A stretch of DNA of 64,000 nt from an uncultured Gemmatimonadales bacterium (GTDB lineage Bacteria; Gemmatimonadota; Gemmatimonadetes; Gemmatimonadales; GWC2-71-9). The first letter of the stretch is position 1. Every line of letters starts with the position of its first letter. The stretch covers positions 768,001 through 832,000 of the forward strand of contig CAVVKJ010000010.1 of the NCBI GenBank assembly GCA_963748815.1, read 5' to 3'. Of the stretch, positions 22,083 to 31,141 are shown piece after piece. The notes under the pieces were generated by a model that worked only from the letters and a program-made list of their open reading frames with translations, had not been told where the DNA came from and searched no databases. A program made the translations under genes and the position numbers.

Positions 22083-23178
22083 TTAGTACTTCAGCCCCGT
22101 CGACTCCGCCAGCTGTTTCGCCAGCGCTTCCTGTTCGGGCGTGAGGGACTCCGGCAGCTCGACCTTCACCGCCACGATCTGGTCTCCCCGCCTGCCTGCC
22201 CGCTCCAACCCCTGCCCCTTGATGCGGAACTTCCGGCCCGGCTGCGTCCCCGGCGGCACCTTGAGGACGATCTTCTTGCCGTCGAGGGTCCGGACCCGGA
22301 GCCGGGTGCCGAGGAGCGCCTGCGCCAGGTTGATGGGGACCTCGCACACGAGGTCGAGACCGTCCCGCTGGAAGAAGCGATCGACCTCGACGGTGAAGAC
22401 GACGATCAGGTCGCCCGCCTGCCCGCCCCCTCGCGCCGGCTGCCCCTGCCCCTTGAGCCGCACCCGGGCGCCCGTCTCCGTGAGGGGCGGCACCGAGATC
22501 AGCACGCGGCGCTCGGCGCGGAGGTCGCCCGCGCCCCCGCACGTCGGGCAGCGCTCGGAGGGGACGGTCCCTTTCCCGCGGCACTTGGGACAGGGGCGAT
22601 TGACCGCGAATCCCCCCTGGCCGAAGGAAATGGACCCCCGCCCGTTGCACTCGTCGCAAGTGGTGATCTTGGCGCCCGGCGCGGCGCCGCTCCCCTTGCA
22701 GGTGGCGCACGTCTCGGTGACTGGCAGCGTGACGGGCACTTTCCCGCCGAGCATCGCGACGCGGAAGGGAACCTCGACGTGGGCCTCGAGGTGCTCCGCG
22801 ACCGGTTCCTCGCGACGGCCCCGCCCGAAGATCGACGAGAAGATGTCGCCCAACCCGCCCAGATCCCCGAATTCGAAGCCTTCCATCCCCGGTTGCGCCT
22901 GTCCCCCTGCCCCACTGCCCCGCTGCCCCGCCGCGCCGCTCCGCGCGCGGCTCAAAGGCCCCCAGCCGCCGCATGTGGTCGTACTTCTTCCGCTTTTCCG
23001 CGTCGGACAACACGGAGTGCGCCTCGGAGATTTCCTTGAAGCGCTCGGCGGCCGATGGATTGTTGGGATTGGCGTCCGGATGGTGCTGCTTGGCCAGCCG
23101 CCGGTAGGACTTCTTGATCTCGGCCGTCGTCGCCGAGTCGGGGACGCCGAGCACCTGGTAGAAGTCCCGGTCGGCCAC
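22083..23178 (-). CDS. dnaJ: DnaJ chaperone (frameshift in G/F-rich linker ~22900-22960)
   Basis: J domain DFYQVLGV...HHPDAN...FKEISEA; four CXXCXGXG motifs; C-terminal VPPGTQPG. Confidence 0.92.
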
Positions 23179-23787
23179 CTAGGCCTGCCCCGGATCGGAA
23201 TAGACCTGGACGCGGGCGGGGCGGAGGAGCGCCCCCTTGAACCGATACCCCACCTGGAAGGTGCGGCAGACGGTATGATCCTGCTCCGGCGCCGTCGGCG
23301 GCGTGGTGGCCACCGCCTCGTGCAGCTCCGGATCGAAGGGCAGCCCGGCGGGATCGACCCGCTCGAGTCCGACCAGCTCGAGTTCCTTCCAGAGCTTTCG
23401 GGCCAGGAGTTCCATCCCCTGGTAGAGCGATTCGGCGGTCATGACCGCCGGGTCGCCGGAGAGGAGCCGGTCGATGTCGTCGAGTTCATCGAGCAGGCGG
23501 CCGACGAAGGCGCCCTGGGCGCGCGTCGTCAGTTCTTCCCGCTCCTTGAGGGTCCGCTTCCGGAAGTTGTCGTACTCGGCCGCGAGCCGGGTGAACTTGT
23601 CCTTCAGCGCGTCGTTCTCCGCCTCGAGCCGATGGATCGCCTCGGCCGCCGGCTCCAGTGGCACGCCGCCGATCGCCGCACCGGCCTCGGGCGTCTCGGC
23701 TCCCTGCTCGGCATCGCTCAGGGCGTCCGGAAGGTCGTTCAGGTCGTCTTCTGCGTCAGTCAATTTGGGGTCCAGTGGAGAGTGCAT
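23179..23787 (-). CDS. grpE: Nucleotide exchange factor GrpE
   Basis: RLAAEYDNFRKR, FDPELHEA, QVGY...LRPARV. Confidence 0.95.
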   Translation of the reverse strand: MHSPLDPKLTDAEDDLNDLPDALSDAEQGAETPEAGAAIGGVPLEPAAEAIHRLEAENDALKDKFTRLAAEYDNFRKRTLKEREELTTRAQGAFVGRLLDELDDIDRLLSGDPAVMTAESLYQGMELLARKLWKELELVGLERVDPAGLPFDPELHEAVATTPPTAPEQDHTVCRTFQVGYRFKGALLRPARVQVYSDPGQA

Positions 23788-23826
23788 AGAGGAAGCTAAT
23801 AGCAACCGGCGTGCCCTGGGGGAGGG

Positions 23827-25075
23827 TCATTCTGGCAGGGATTTGAGCCGCCGCCAGAGTTCGAAAAGGGCCAGATGCGCCGCCCTCCCCCGAATCTCGG
23901 CCCTCGATCCGACCAGCTTGAGCGGGACCACCTCCGCCCCACCGGGAAGGGCGAAGCCCAGCCAGACCGTCCCGACCGGTTTCTCCTCCGAGCCTCCGTC
24001 CGGCCCAGCAATCCCGGTGATCGACACCGCCACATCGGCACCCAACGCGCGGGTGGCCCCGAGGGCCATCTCACGCGCCACCGGGCCGCTAACAGCCCCC
24101 TCGGCGGCGAGGAGGCTCTCAGGGACGCCCAGGAGCCGACGCTTCGCCTCGTCGGCGTAGGCGATGACCCCGCCGAGAAACTGGCTCGAGCTCCCCGGCA
24201 CGGCGGTCAGCCGGCCGCCCAGCAGCCCGCCGGTACACGACTCGGCCACGGCAATCGTCCAGTGCCGGCGGCGCAGCTCAGCGAGGGTCACCTCGGCGAG
24301 GTCTTCGTCGCCCCGGCCGTACAGCGTGGTGGCCGGCCCGGGTGGTCAGGAGGTCGGCGGCCGCCTCAAGCCGCCGGTCGGCCACCTCGGGGGCCAGGTT
24401 CCAGGCGGTCGCCCTGAGGTCGACACTCCCGAACCCCGGAAGGTAGGCGAGGGTCAGCGGGGCAATCGCCGAATCGATGTCACCCAACTGCTCCGCCAGC
24501 GCCGACTCGCCGACGCCGGTGGTTCGCACGGTGACCGATCGAATGACGCCGCCGCTCCGCTCCCGCTCCGCAAGCCGTGGCGCCACGGCCGAGGCGATCA
24601 GACTTCGCATTTCCACGGGGACGCCGGGGAGCATCACCACGAGTCCCGGCTCCCCCTCGAGCCAGAGTCCAGGAGCGGTGCCCCAGCGGTTGGGGAGGAC
24701 GACGGCCCCCTCGGGCACTTCGGCCTGCCCGCGATTGCTGGGGGTCGGCACCCGGCCAAAGCGGGCGAAACGCTCCTCGACGGCGGCCCACACGGCGGAA
24801 TCGAAGACGAGGCGGGCGCCGAAGAGTCCGGCCACGGCCGACTTGGTGATGTCGTCGGCGGTCGGGCCGAGTCCGCCGGTGGTGATGACCGTCCCGGTGC
24901 GCTTGAGCGCGGCGGCGACCGCATCGCGGATGTCGGCGACGTTGTCGGACACGGCGGTGCGCCGCACGACGCGCACGCCGAGGGCCGCGAGCGCGCGCCC
25001 GATCTCGGCGCTGTTGGTGTCGACGGTGAACCCGAGCAGCAGTTCCGTGCCGACCGTCACGAGTTCGATGTTCAT
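23827..25075 (-). CDS. cinA: Competence/damage-inducible protein A (MoCF-like + PncC domain; frameshift ~24320)
   Basis: VGTELLLG..DTN, TTGGLGPTADDIT, GTAPG, LPGVP; C-terminal AESCTGG, GAVS, ITGIAGPDGG. Confidence 0.92.
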
Positions 25076-25091
25076 GGGGGGGACGGCGGAC

Positions 25092-25730
25092 CTACTCGGA
25101 GCGCTGGGAGAAGAGCGCGCGATACCGGTAGAGGTAGACGAGGAAGGAGTAGACGGTCAGCGCCACGGCCAGGAGCAGGGCGACGGCCACGAACCCGCCG
25201 TGCCAGCGGCTCCACCACGCGAAGAAGGGGGTGTGCTCCCACCCCAGGGGACGGCCGGCGTCGCGGAAGGCGAACCAGAGGAAGATTCCGCCGATGAAGA
25301 TGCTCTGGAACGCGGTCTTGAGCTTGCCGGCGCCACCGGCCGAGATGATGACGCCGCGGCGCTTGCCCCACCAGCGGAGCACGGTCATCGCGAACTCCCG
25401 CCCGAGCATCAGCACGCAGGCCCAGAGGGGGATGCTCCCCCAAATCGGGATGTCATAGAGGTTGTGGCGGGTCCGGCTGATGAAATAGATCGGGATGAGG
25501 CTGGCGAGGAGGAGGAGCTTGTCGGCGAGGGGATCGAGCAGCTTGCCGAGATCGGTGATCTGGTTCCGGCTCCGGGCCAGGTACCCGTCCAGGATGTCGG
25601 TGAGGGCCACGGCGACGAACACCAGGAAGGCGATGAACTTCGGCCAGTACCCTTCGATGAAGGGGAGGAGCGCCACCACCGGTGTCATCGAGATCCGGAT
25701 GAGGGTGACGATGTTGGGCAGGTTCCACAT
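25092..25730 (-). CDS. pgsA: CDP-alcohol phosphatidyltransferase (PGP synthase)
   Basis: NLPNIVTLIRI; TDILDGYLAR...TDLGKLLDPLADK; REF; GKLKT. Confidence 0.9.
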   Translation of the reverse strand: MWNLPNIVTLIRISMTPVVALLPFIEGYWPKFIAFLVFVAVALTDILDGYLARSRNQITDLGKLLDPLADKLLLLASLIPIYFISRTRHNLYDIPIWGSIPLWACVLMLGREFAMTVLRWWGKRRGVIISAGGAGKLKTAFQSIFIGGIFLWFAFRDAGRPLGWEHTPFFAWWSRWHGGFVAVALLLAVALTVYSFLVYLYRYRALFSQRSE

Positions 25731-25742
25731 CTGCCCGGCCTC

Positions 25743-26420
25743 CTAGCCGAGGGTCTTGAGGACGAGCTTGCTGACCGCCTTCAGCGTGTCGAACACCCCT
25801 TCGCCGTTGACCGCCACCGCCTCGAAGTACGTGGCGCGCTCGATCCACTCGCCGTCCTGGGTCCGGCCCACGAGGAACTCGCCTTCGTGGTAGGGGTCCG
25901 CCAGCGGGCGCTGGCGCGCGGCCTCTTCGACCGGCCAGCCGGGATTGAGCGCCGCCTGCAGGTCGAGGATGGAGGCGGCGTTCGGCAGGTCGCGCTTGTT
26001 GTACTGGATGATGAACGGGATGCGCGTCAGGTCGTAGCCGTGCTCGGCCATGTTGTCGTACAGGTTCTGCATCGCCTCGATGTTGGCTTCCATCCGCTCG
26101 ATCTGGCTGTCGGCCACGAACACGACGCCGTCGACGCCCTTGAGGATCAGCTTCCGCGAGGCGTTGTAGTACACCTGGCCGGGGACGGTGTAGAGGTGGA
26201 AGCGCGTCTTGAAGCCGCGGATGGTGCCGAGGTCGACGGGGAGGAAGTCGAAGAAGAGGGTGCGCTCGGTCTCGGTGGCGAGGGAAATCATCTTCCCCTT
26301 GGCCCCGGGCGCGACCTTGTTGTAGACGTGCTCCAGGTTGGTCGTCTTGCCCCCGAGGCCGGGGCCATAGTAGACCAGCTTGCAGTTGATTTCGCGGGAC
26401 GCGTAGTTGATCATCGACAT
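25743..26420 (-). CDS. mglA: MglA small Ras-like GTPase
   Basis: [56 protein letters not shown]. Confidence 0.96.
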   Translation of the reverse strand: MSMINYASREINCKLVYYGPGLGGKTTNLEHVYNKVAPGAKGKMISLATETERTLFFDFLPVDLGTIRGFKTRFHLYTVPGQVYYNASRKLILKGVDGVVFVADSQIERMEANIEAMQNLYDNMAEHGYDLTRIPFIIQYNKRDLPNAASILDLQAALNPGWPVEEAARQRPLADPYHEGEFLVGRTQDGEWIERATYFEAVAVNGEGVFDTLKAVSKLVLKTLG

Positions 26421-26433
26421 GCGCGCGTGCCTT

Positions 26434-26925
26434 CTATTCGCCGAAGAGTTTGTCGATTTCGTCCTCGGCATCGCCGAGGAAGTCCTGCTCGACCCGCGGC
26501 GCCACGCCGCCGTCCCGCGCGAACATTTCCGTGAAGACCTGCGAGAGGTCTCCCACCGTCCCGCGGACCCGCAACTTGACCAGGCCGAGCGTCGTGCGGG
26601 TGTCGAACAGCACCACGAGAATGACCCGCCGCGCAATGTCGGCGAGGTACATCGAGGCGTTCTCGCCCTGGTGGAACAGGCTGCCGAATTCCGGTTCGCC
26701 GATCAGCCGGGCCAACTGGTCGTTGGCGCTGAAGTCGGCGGCCGCCAGCGACGCGAAGGTGGTCGGGTCGAAATCCGGCGGTTCCCCCGCGGTCGCCACC
26801 ATCTGGCCGGTGCGGTCGACCAGCAGGGCGGTCCGCGCGTTCGACTCCCGCAGGAACGCCGTCAGCATGACCACGATCTTGTCGTGATCCGCCTCTGCGA
26901 GTGACCAACTGGACGCACCGGACAT
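26434..26925 (-). CDS. mglB: MglB roadblock/LC7 GTPase-activating protein
   Basis: [57 protein letters not shown]; upstream of mglA. Confidence 0.93.
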   Translation of the reverse strand: MSGASSWSLAEADHDKIVVMLTAFLRESNARTALLVDRTGQMVATAGEPPDFDPTTFASLAAADFSANDQLARLIGEPEFGSLFHQGENASMYLADIARRVILVVLFDTRTTLGLVKLRVRGTVGDLSQVFTEMFARDGGVAPRVEQDFLGDAEDEIDKLFGE

Positions 26926-26934
26926 GCAGGCTTC

Positions 26935-27204
26935 CTATCCGAGGGAGAGTTCGAGCCGCCGCAGCAGCGCGCCGGCGCGCCGGCGCAGGCCGGGGACCGT
27001 TTCCCACACCAGGTAATCACGGAGCACCCGCGCCGCCTCCGGCGACCGCTCGCCCGCGAGATAGGCGAGGGCGTCGGCCCGCCGGCGCTCCACCGGGCTG
27101 AAGAGCTCGGCGCGGTGGCGGTCCAGCCGGCGCTGGGCGAGGTGCCAGCCCACCACCAGCCCGGCCAGCGCGCCGCCGAGCAGGAGGAGCCCCGGCGCCC
27201 TCAC
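26935..27204 (-). CDS. Small single-TM hypothetical protein
   Basis: N-terminal hydrophobic helix then helical LFSP..RR.DALAYL..RVLRDYLVWE; start overlaps recR stop. Confidence 0.7.
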   Translation of the reverse strand: MRAPGLLLLGGALAGLVVGWHLAQRRLDRHRAELFSPVERRRADALAYLAGERSPEAARVLRDYLVWETVPGLRRRAGALLRRLELSLG

Positions 27205-27794
27205 CCCGCCACGTCCTGTCGGGCGAGGAGCGCGTGGGCCAGCGTGACGCCGTCCACGTACTCGAGGTCGCCGCCCATCGGGAGCCCGCGCGCCAGGCGC
27301 GTCACCCGAATCCCCTCCCCCGCCAGCACCTGGTGAAGATAGGTCGCGGTGACCTCCCCCTCCATCGACGGATTGGTGGCGAGGATCACCTCGCGCACCC
27401 CGCCACCCCGCACCCGCTCGAGGAGACTGTCGATCCGCAGCGCCTCGGGCCCGATGCCGTCGAGCGGCGAGAGACGTCCGCCGAGCACGTGGTAGCGGCC
27501 GCGAAACTCGGTGGAGCGCTCCACCGCCTGCACCGACGCCGCCTCCTCGACCACGCAGATCAGGCCGGCGTCCCGCCGCGCGTCCCGGCAGAACTCACAG
27601 CGCTCTTCCTCCGCCACATAGCCGCACTCCGCGCAGGCGCGCACGGTGGTGGCGACGGTGTCGAGCGCGCGGGCGAGGCGGGTGGATTCGTCCGGCCCCT
27701 GCTGGAGCAGGTGAAAGGTCAGCCGCTGCGCCGTCTTCCGTCCGATGCCGGGAAGGCGCGCCAGTTCGGTGACCAGCGCCTCGATGGCCCGCAC
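27201..27794 (-). CDS. recR: Recombination mediator RecR
   Basis: LPGIGRKTAQRL, C4 zinc finger, YHVLGGRLSPLDGIGP, ATNPSMEGE, GGDLEYVD. Confidence 0.97.
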   Translation of the reverse strand: MRAIEALVTELARLPGIGRKTAQRLTFHLLQQGPDESTRLARALDTVATTVRACAECGYVAEEERCEFCRDARRDAGLICVVEEAASVQAVERSTEFRGRYHVLGGRLSPLDGIGPEALRIDSLLERVRGGGVREVILATNPSMEGEVTATYLHQVLAGEGIRVTRLARGLPMGGDLEYVDGVTLAHALLARQDVAG

Positions 27795-27797
27795 CGC

Positions 27798-28106
27798 CTA
27801 GAGTCCCAGCCCCGCCGGACCGGGCTGCACCTTTCGCATCTCCGCCTGCGCCATCTCGGCGGCCTGGCGCTGCGCCTCGGCGACCGCGCTCAGCACCAGG
27901 TCGGAGAGCAGCTCCGCGTCGCGCCCCTCAAACGCCTCGGGATCGATCGCGATGCCCCGGAGCCGCCCCTGGCCGTCGACCGTCGCGCGCACCAGGCCGG
28001 CGCCCGCGCTGGCCTCGACGGTGCGACCGGCGAGTTCGACTTGAAGTTGCTGCAGCCGGCCCTGTACCTGCTGGCCCAGCTGAAAGAGCTGCTGAATATC
28101 TGCCAT
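27798..28106 (-). CDS. ybaB: YbaB/EbfC nucleoid-associated protein
   Basis: VEASAGAGLVRATVDGQG...IDP...DAELLSDLV; between dnaX and recR. Confidence 0.92.
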   Translation of the reverse strand: MADIQQLFQLGQQVQGRLQQLQVELAGRTVEASAGAGLVRATVDGQGRLRGIAIDPEAFEGRDAELLSDLVLSAVAEAQRQAAEMAQAEMRKVQPGPAGLGL

Positions 28107-28170
28107 TTCACACCTAAGTCACTGTGACAGTGCAAAGTACGGGTGCCCACACCGCGGGGCAACCCGGCTC

Positions 28171-29787
28171 CTAGTCGAGGACCTCGAGGTCGAGCACGGT
28201 GGCCGCGGCGTCGAGCGTGGGGTCCTTCTTCCGCACCTTGGTGAGCCGCTCCGCCCGCACCGCCTCCTCCGTCAGCCGCTCGGGAGGACGGGCGGCGGTG
28301 GCCGGCGGCGCCACCTCGACGCGCGCGGCGGTCCCCGCAACCGCCGTGATGATCGCGTCCACCGCGCCCGATTGCCGCTCGAGCGCCTCGCGATACATCG
28401 GATTCTCCTCGGTGAGCTCGAGCCGCACCACGTTGCCCTGGATGCTGACCGGGTTGCAGACCAGCAGGGCGGCGCCGAGGAAACTGCCCTGCTCGCGCCC
28501 GCGGGCGACGACGGAGTCCCAGGCGGTAATCAGCGCATCGAGGTCGAGGCCGGTGGCGGCCTCGCCGCGGGGAAGCGGGGAAGCGGGGACGCGGGGAGGC
28601 GCCGCCTTGGGCGCGCGCGGGGGCCGCGGGGCCGCGGGGCCGGGAGGCGGTGAACCGGCGATGACCGACGCCAAGTCCACCGTCCGGTCCATCATCGTCC
28701 AGCGGAGGAGCAGCGTCTCGACCGCCAGGCGGGCGTTGCCGCTGCGGCGGACAGCGTTCTCGCTCTCGGCGAGGAGCCGGAGCATCCGGAGGACGTCCCC
28801 CTCGGTGAGCTGCTCCTTGTACTCCTCGAGGGCGGCGCGGAGCGACTCGGTGATCTCCTCGGGGTCGACGCCGACCTGGAGCATCATCAGGGCGCGGAGC
28901 ATCTCGCCCGTGCCATTCAGGAATTCGGCGAGGTCGGCGCCGGCGTCGAGCAGCCGGGCGACCAGCGGGAAGACGCCGGCGGGGTCGCGCTCCGTGACGA
29001 CCTTGAGCACCTCGGCGTACTGCTCGTCGCCGACGAGGCCGAGGACCTCGCGCACCCGCTCGGCGGTGACGGCGCCTTCGCCGAAGGAGAGACACTGGTC
29101 GAGGACGGAGAGGGCGTCGCGCATCCCGCCGTCGGCGTGCCGGGCGATGAGCGTCAGCGCGTCGTCGTCCGCGGCGAGCTTTTCCTCGGCGAGCACCTGC
29201 GCGAGGCGGGTGCGGATGGCGGCGGGCCCGATGCGGCGAAAGTCGAAGCGCTGCAGCCGCGACAGGACCGGGGCGGCGGTATTGAAGATCTTGGCCGGCT
29301 CGGTGGTGGCGAAGACGAACACCACGCCCGGCGGCGGCTCCTCGAGGATCTTGAGGAGCGCGTTCCACGCCTCGCGGGTGAGCATGTGCGCCTCGTCCAC
29401 GATGTACACCTTGTGGTGCCCCTCCTGGGAGGCGGCGTACATGGCGCGCTCGCGGAGCTCGCGGGCGTCGTCGACGCCGCGGTTGCTGGCGGCGTCGATT
29501 TCCACGACATCGAGGTTGGCCGATCCGTTCCAGATGCGGAGGCAGTTCTCGCACTCGCCGCAGGGCTCGCCGGCGGGGGTGACGGTCTCGCGGCGCTCGC
29601 AGTTGAGCGCCATCGCGAGGATGCGGGCGGCGGTGGTCTTGCCGACGCCGCGGGGGCCGGTGAGGAGGTAGCCGTGGCCGAGGCGTCCGCTGGCGATGGC
29701 ACCGCGCAGGGCGGCGGCGACGTGGTCCTGCACCAGGAGATCGGCGAAGCGCCGTGGGCGATACCGGCGTGCGAGAGCGATGGCCAT
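28171..29787 (-). CDS. dnaX: DNA polymerase III subunit gamma/tau
   Basis: LARRYRP, GPRGVGKTT, CGECENC, EIDAASNRG, DEAHML, LKILEEPP; ATG 29787. Confidence 0.97.
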   Translation of the reverse strand: MAIALARRYRPRRFADLLVQDHVAAALRGAIASGRLGHGYLLTGPRGVGKTTAARILAMALNCERRETVTPAGEPCGECENCLRIWNGSANLDVVEIDAASNRGVDDARELRERAMYAASQEGHHKVYIVDEAHMLTREAWNALLKILEEPPPGVVFVFATTEPAKIFNTAAPVLSRLQRFDFRRIGPAAIRTRLAQVLAEEKLAADDDALTLIARHADGGMRDALSVLDQCLSFGEGAVTAERVREVLGLVGDEQYAEVLKVVTERDPAGVFPLVARLLDAGADLAEFLNGTGEMLRALMMLQVGVDPEEITESLRAALEEYKEQLTEGDVLRMLRLLAESENAVRRSGNARLAVETLLLRWTMMDRTVDLASVIAGSPPPGPAAPRPPRAPKAAPPRVPASPLPRGEAATGLDLDALITAWDSVVARGREQGSFLGAALLVCNPVSIQGNVVRLELTEENPMYREALERQSGAVDAIITAVAGTAARVEVAPPATAARPPERLTEEAVRAERLTKVRKKDPTLDAAATVLDLEVLD

Positions 29788-29825
29788 GGCGATACGACCT
29801 GCGGAAGGACGGGAGAGGAAAAGAG

Positions 29826-29926
29826 TTGCCCCAGGCGACCCACAGCGAAACCGGACATCGTTTAGCGCTGCTACCGGCAAGGTCCTGACGCGGTTCACGC
29901 GCCGGCGTCCTGTGGACCTGGGGCGC
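29826..29926 (-). ncRNA. ffs: Small bacterial SRP RNA (4.5S)
   Basis: Minus strand GTGAACCGCGTCAGGACC-TTGCC-GGTAGCAGCGCTAAACG matches helix-8 CAGG/AGCAG core; terminal stem GCCCCAGG/CCTGGGGC; usual position upstream of dnaX; TGtTATATT just upstream. Confidence 0.85.
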
Positions 29927-29941
29927 GGGGAATATAACATG

Positions 29942-30003
29942 GCGGGGAAGCGGGGAAGCGGGGAAGCGGGGAAGCGGGGAAGCGGGGAAGCGGGGAAGCG
30001 GGG
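29942..30003. repeat. Perfect tandem octamer (GCGGGGAA)x7 plus partial
   Basis: Counted directly: 7 full units 29942-29997 then GCGGGG. Confidence 0.95.
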
Positions 30004-30234
30004 CAGGAAGATAGAACCCCGAACCCCGAGCGCAAGGAACTGCGGTTCGGTGGCCCTGGGGCACTCGCAGAATACGGGTGCTGGCGGGTGGGCCGATCTG
30101 TCGGGAACCTTCGAATTGCGGGCGGTCCTGGCGACAGGCGCTGCACTCCCTCAGCGTCGAACCACGCGCTGAACGGCCTCCCTGCCCCGCCGCCCCCCGG
30201 CCCACCGGCCCCACCTCTCAGCGTATGCTGACAA

Positions 30235-30264
30235 TTGCGCTGAACGATGCCCGAGTGTTATAAT
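30235..30264 (+). promoter_or_regulatory. Sigma70-type promoter
   Basis: TTGCGC-N18-TATAAT with extended TGn (TGtTATAAT 30256-30264). Confidence 0.6.
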
Positions 30265-30440
30265 TGCTTCCGCATCAACGGGTTACCATCGACCGCCTGA
30301 GTTGCCATGTCGTGGAGCCGAATGTCGACTATCTTGACAGATGTGATGCGGTCCTATCCCCAAGTCCTATGCGGACTTGCCCCTATCATCCAAACTCAAT
30401 CTTGACGTTCTTTGACGCCTGATTGCCCGCGCGCCAGCAT

Positions 30441-30455
30441 CGGCACGGGCCTTGC
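30441..30455 (+). promoter_or_regulatory. Sigma54 (-24/-12) promoter of fimbrial operon
   Basis: CGGCAC-GGGCC-TTGC with exact GG-N10-GC spacing, 113 nt before pilin ATG. Confidence 0.65.
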
Positions 30456-30567
30456 CCCTGAGCAGGCGGATATGTGTCCCCATGTGGGGCCGTAAATTTC
30501 AGAGTACTCGTCGTTTCGCGCAGTGAGTTGTCCACCAGCAGTTCCTTTCACAAAGGACCAGCACACC

Positions 30568-31068
30568 ATGCACACCGCCTCCAAGCTGTCCCTCGCCGTC
30601 GTGGCGCTGCTCGCCATCGGGACCACCACGGTCCAGGCGCAGACCGCCAACATCAACGCCACCGCCACGGTGCAGACGCCGCTGACCCTGTCGGGCCAGG
30701 CCGATCTCGCCTTCGCCGCCGTCTTCCCGGGCGTGGCCAAGACCGTCCTCTCGACCGACCCAGGCGCCGGTCGCTTCCTGATCGCCGGCCAGGCCGCCGC
30801 GGAGGTCAACGTGACTTTCTCGCTGCCGACCCAGCTGACCTCGGGGGCCAACAACCTCCCGATCGGCACCTTTACCGGCGGCCAGTTCGCCACGAACACC
30901 CAGGCGAGCCAGACCGCGCTGGTGCCGACCGCGCCGACGGTGACCAACATCGGGGCCGGCGGAAACCTCTTCATCTGGCTCGGCGGGACGGTGACGCCGG
31001 CCTTTGGGCAGGCCGCCGGGGCCTACACCGCCCCGATCACCATGACTGTCGCATACACCGGCAACTGA
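30568..31068 (+). CDS. Fimbrial subunit 1 (probable major pilin; spore coat U/DUF4402-like)
   Basis: AAGGA RBS; signal peptide; ANINATATVQTPLTL, LAF, C-terminal IWLGGTVTP...GAYTAPITMTVAY. Confidence 0.78.
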   Translation: MHTASKLSLAVVALLAIGTTTVQAQTANINATATVQTPLTLSGQADLAFAAVFPGVAKTVLSTDPGAGRFLIAGQAAAEVNVTFSLPTQLTSGANNLPIGTFTGGQFATNTQASQTALVPTAPTVTNIGAGGNLFIWLGGTVTPAFGQAAGAYTAPITMTVAYTGN

Positions 31069-31089
31069 GCTGGACACCGTGAGGCGGTG

Positions 31090-31127
31090 GTACCGGCGGC
31101 GTGGGCTCTGGCCTGCGCCGCCGGTGC
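31090..31127 (+). other. GC-rich hairpin after first pilin gene (mRNA stabiliser/attenuator)
   Basis: GTACCGGCGGCGTGGGC-tctg-GCCTGCGCCGCCGGTGC with G-U pairs. Confidence 0.55.
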
Positions 31128-31141
31128 GCCCTTCCGGACCC

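Noticed and set aside
22083..23787. grpE-dnaJ without dnaK as unusual
   Set aside because: Split chaperone operons are common; dnaK is probably elsewhere
23827..24330. cinA as two genuinely separate genes
   Set aside because: Domains join with a single frame change at ~24320, like other probable assembly indels
28171..29787. Programmed frameshift producing a gamma subunit in dnaX
   Set aside because: No A-AAA-AAG slippery site or poly-A tract seen; octamer repeat in linker stays in frame
29942..30003. Tandem repeat as CRISPR array
   Set aside because: 8-nt units with no spacers and no cas genes in the window
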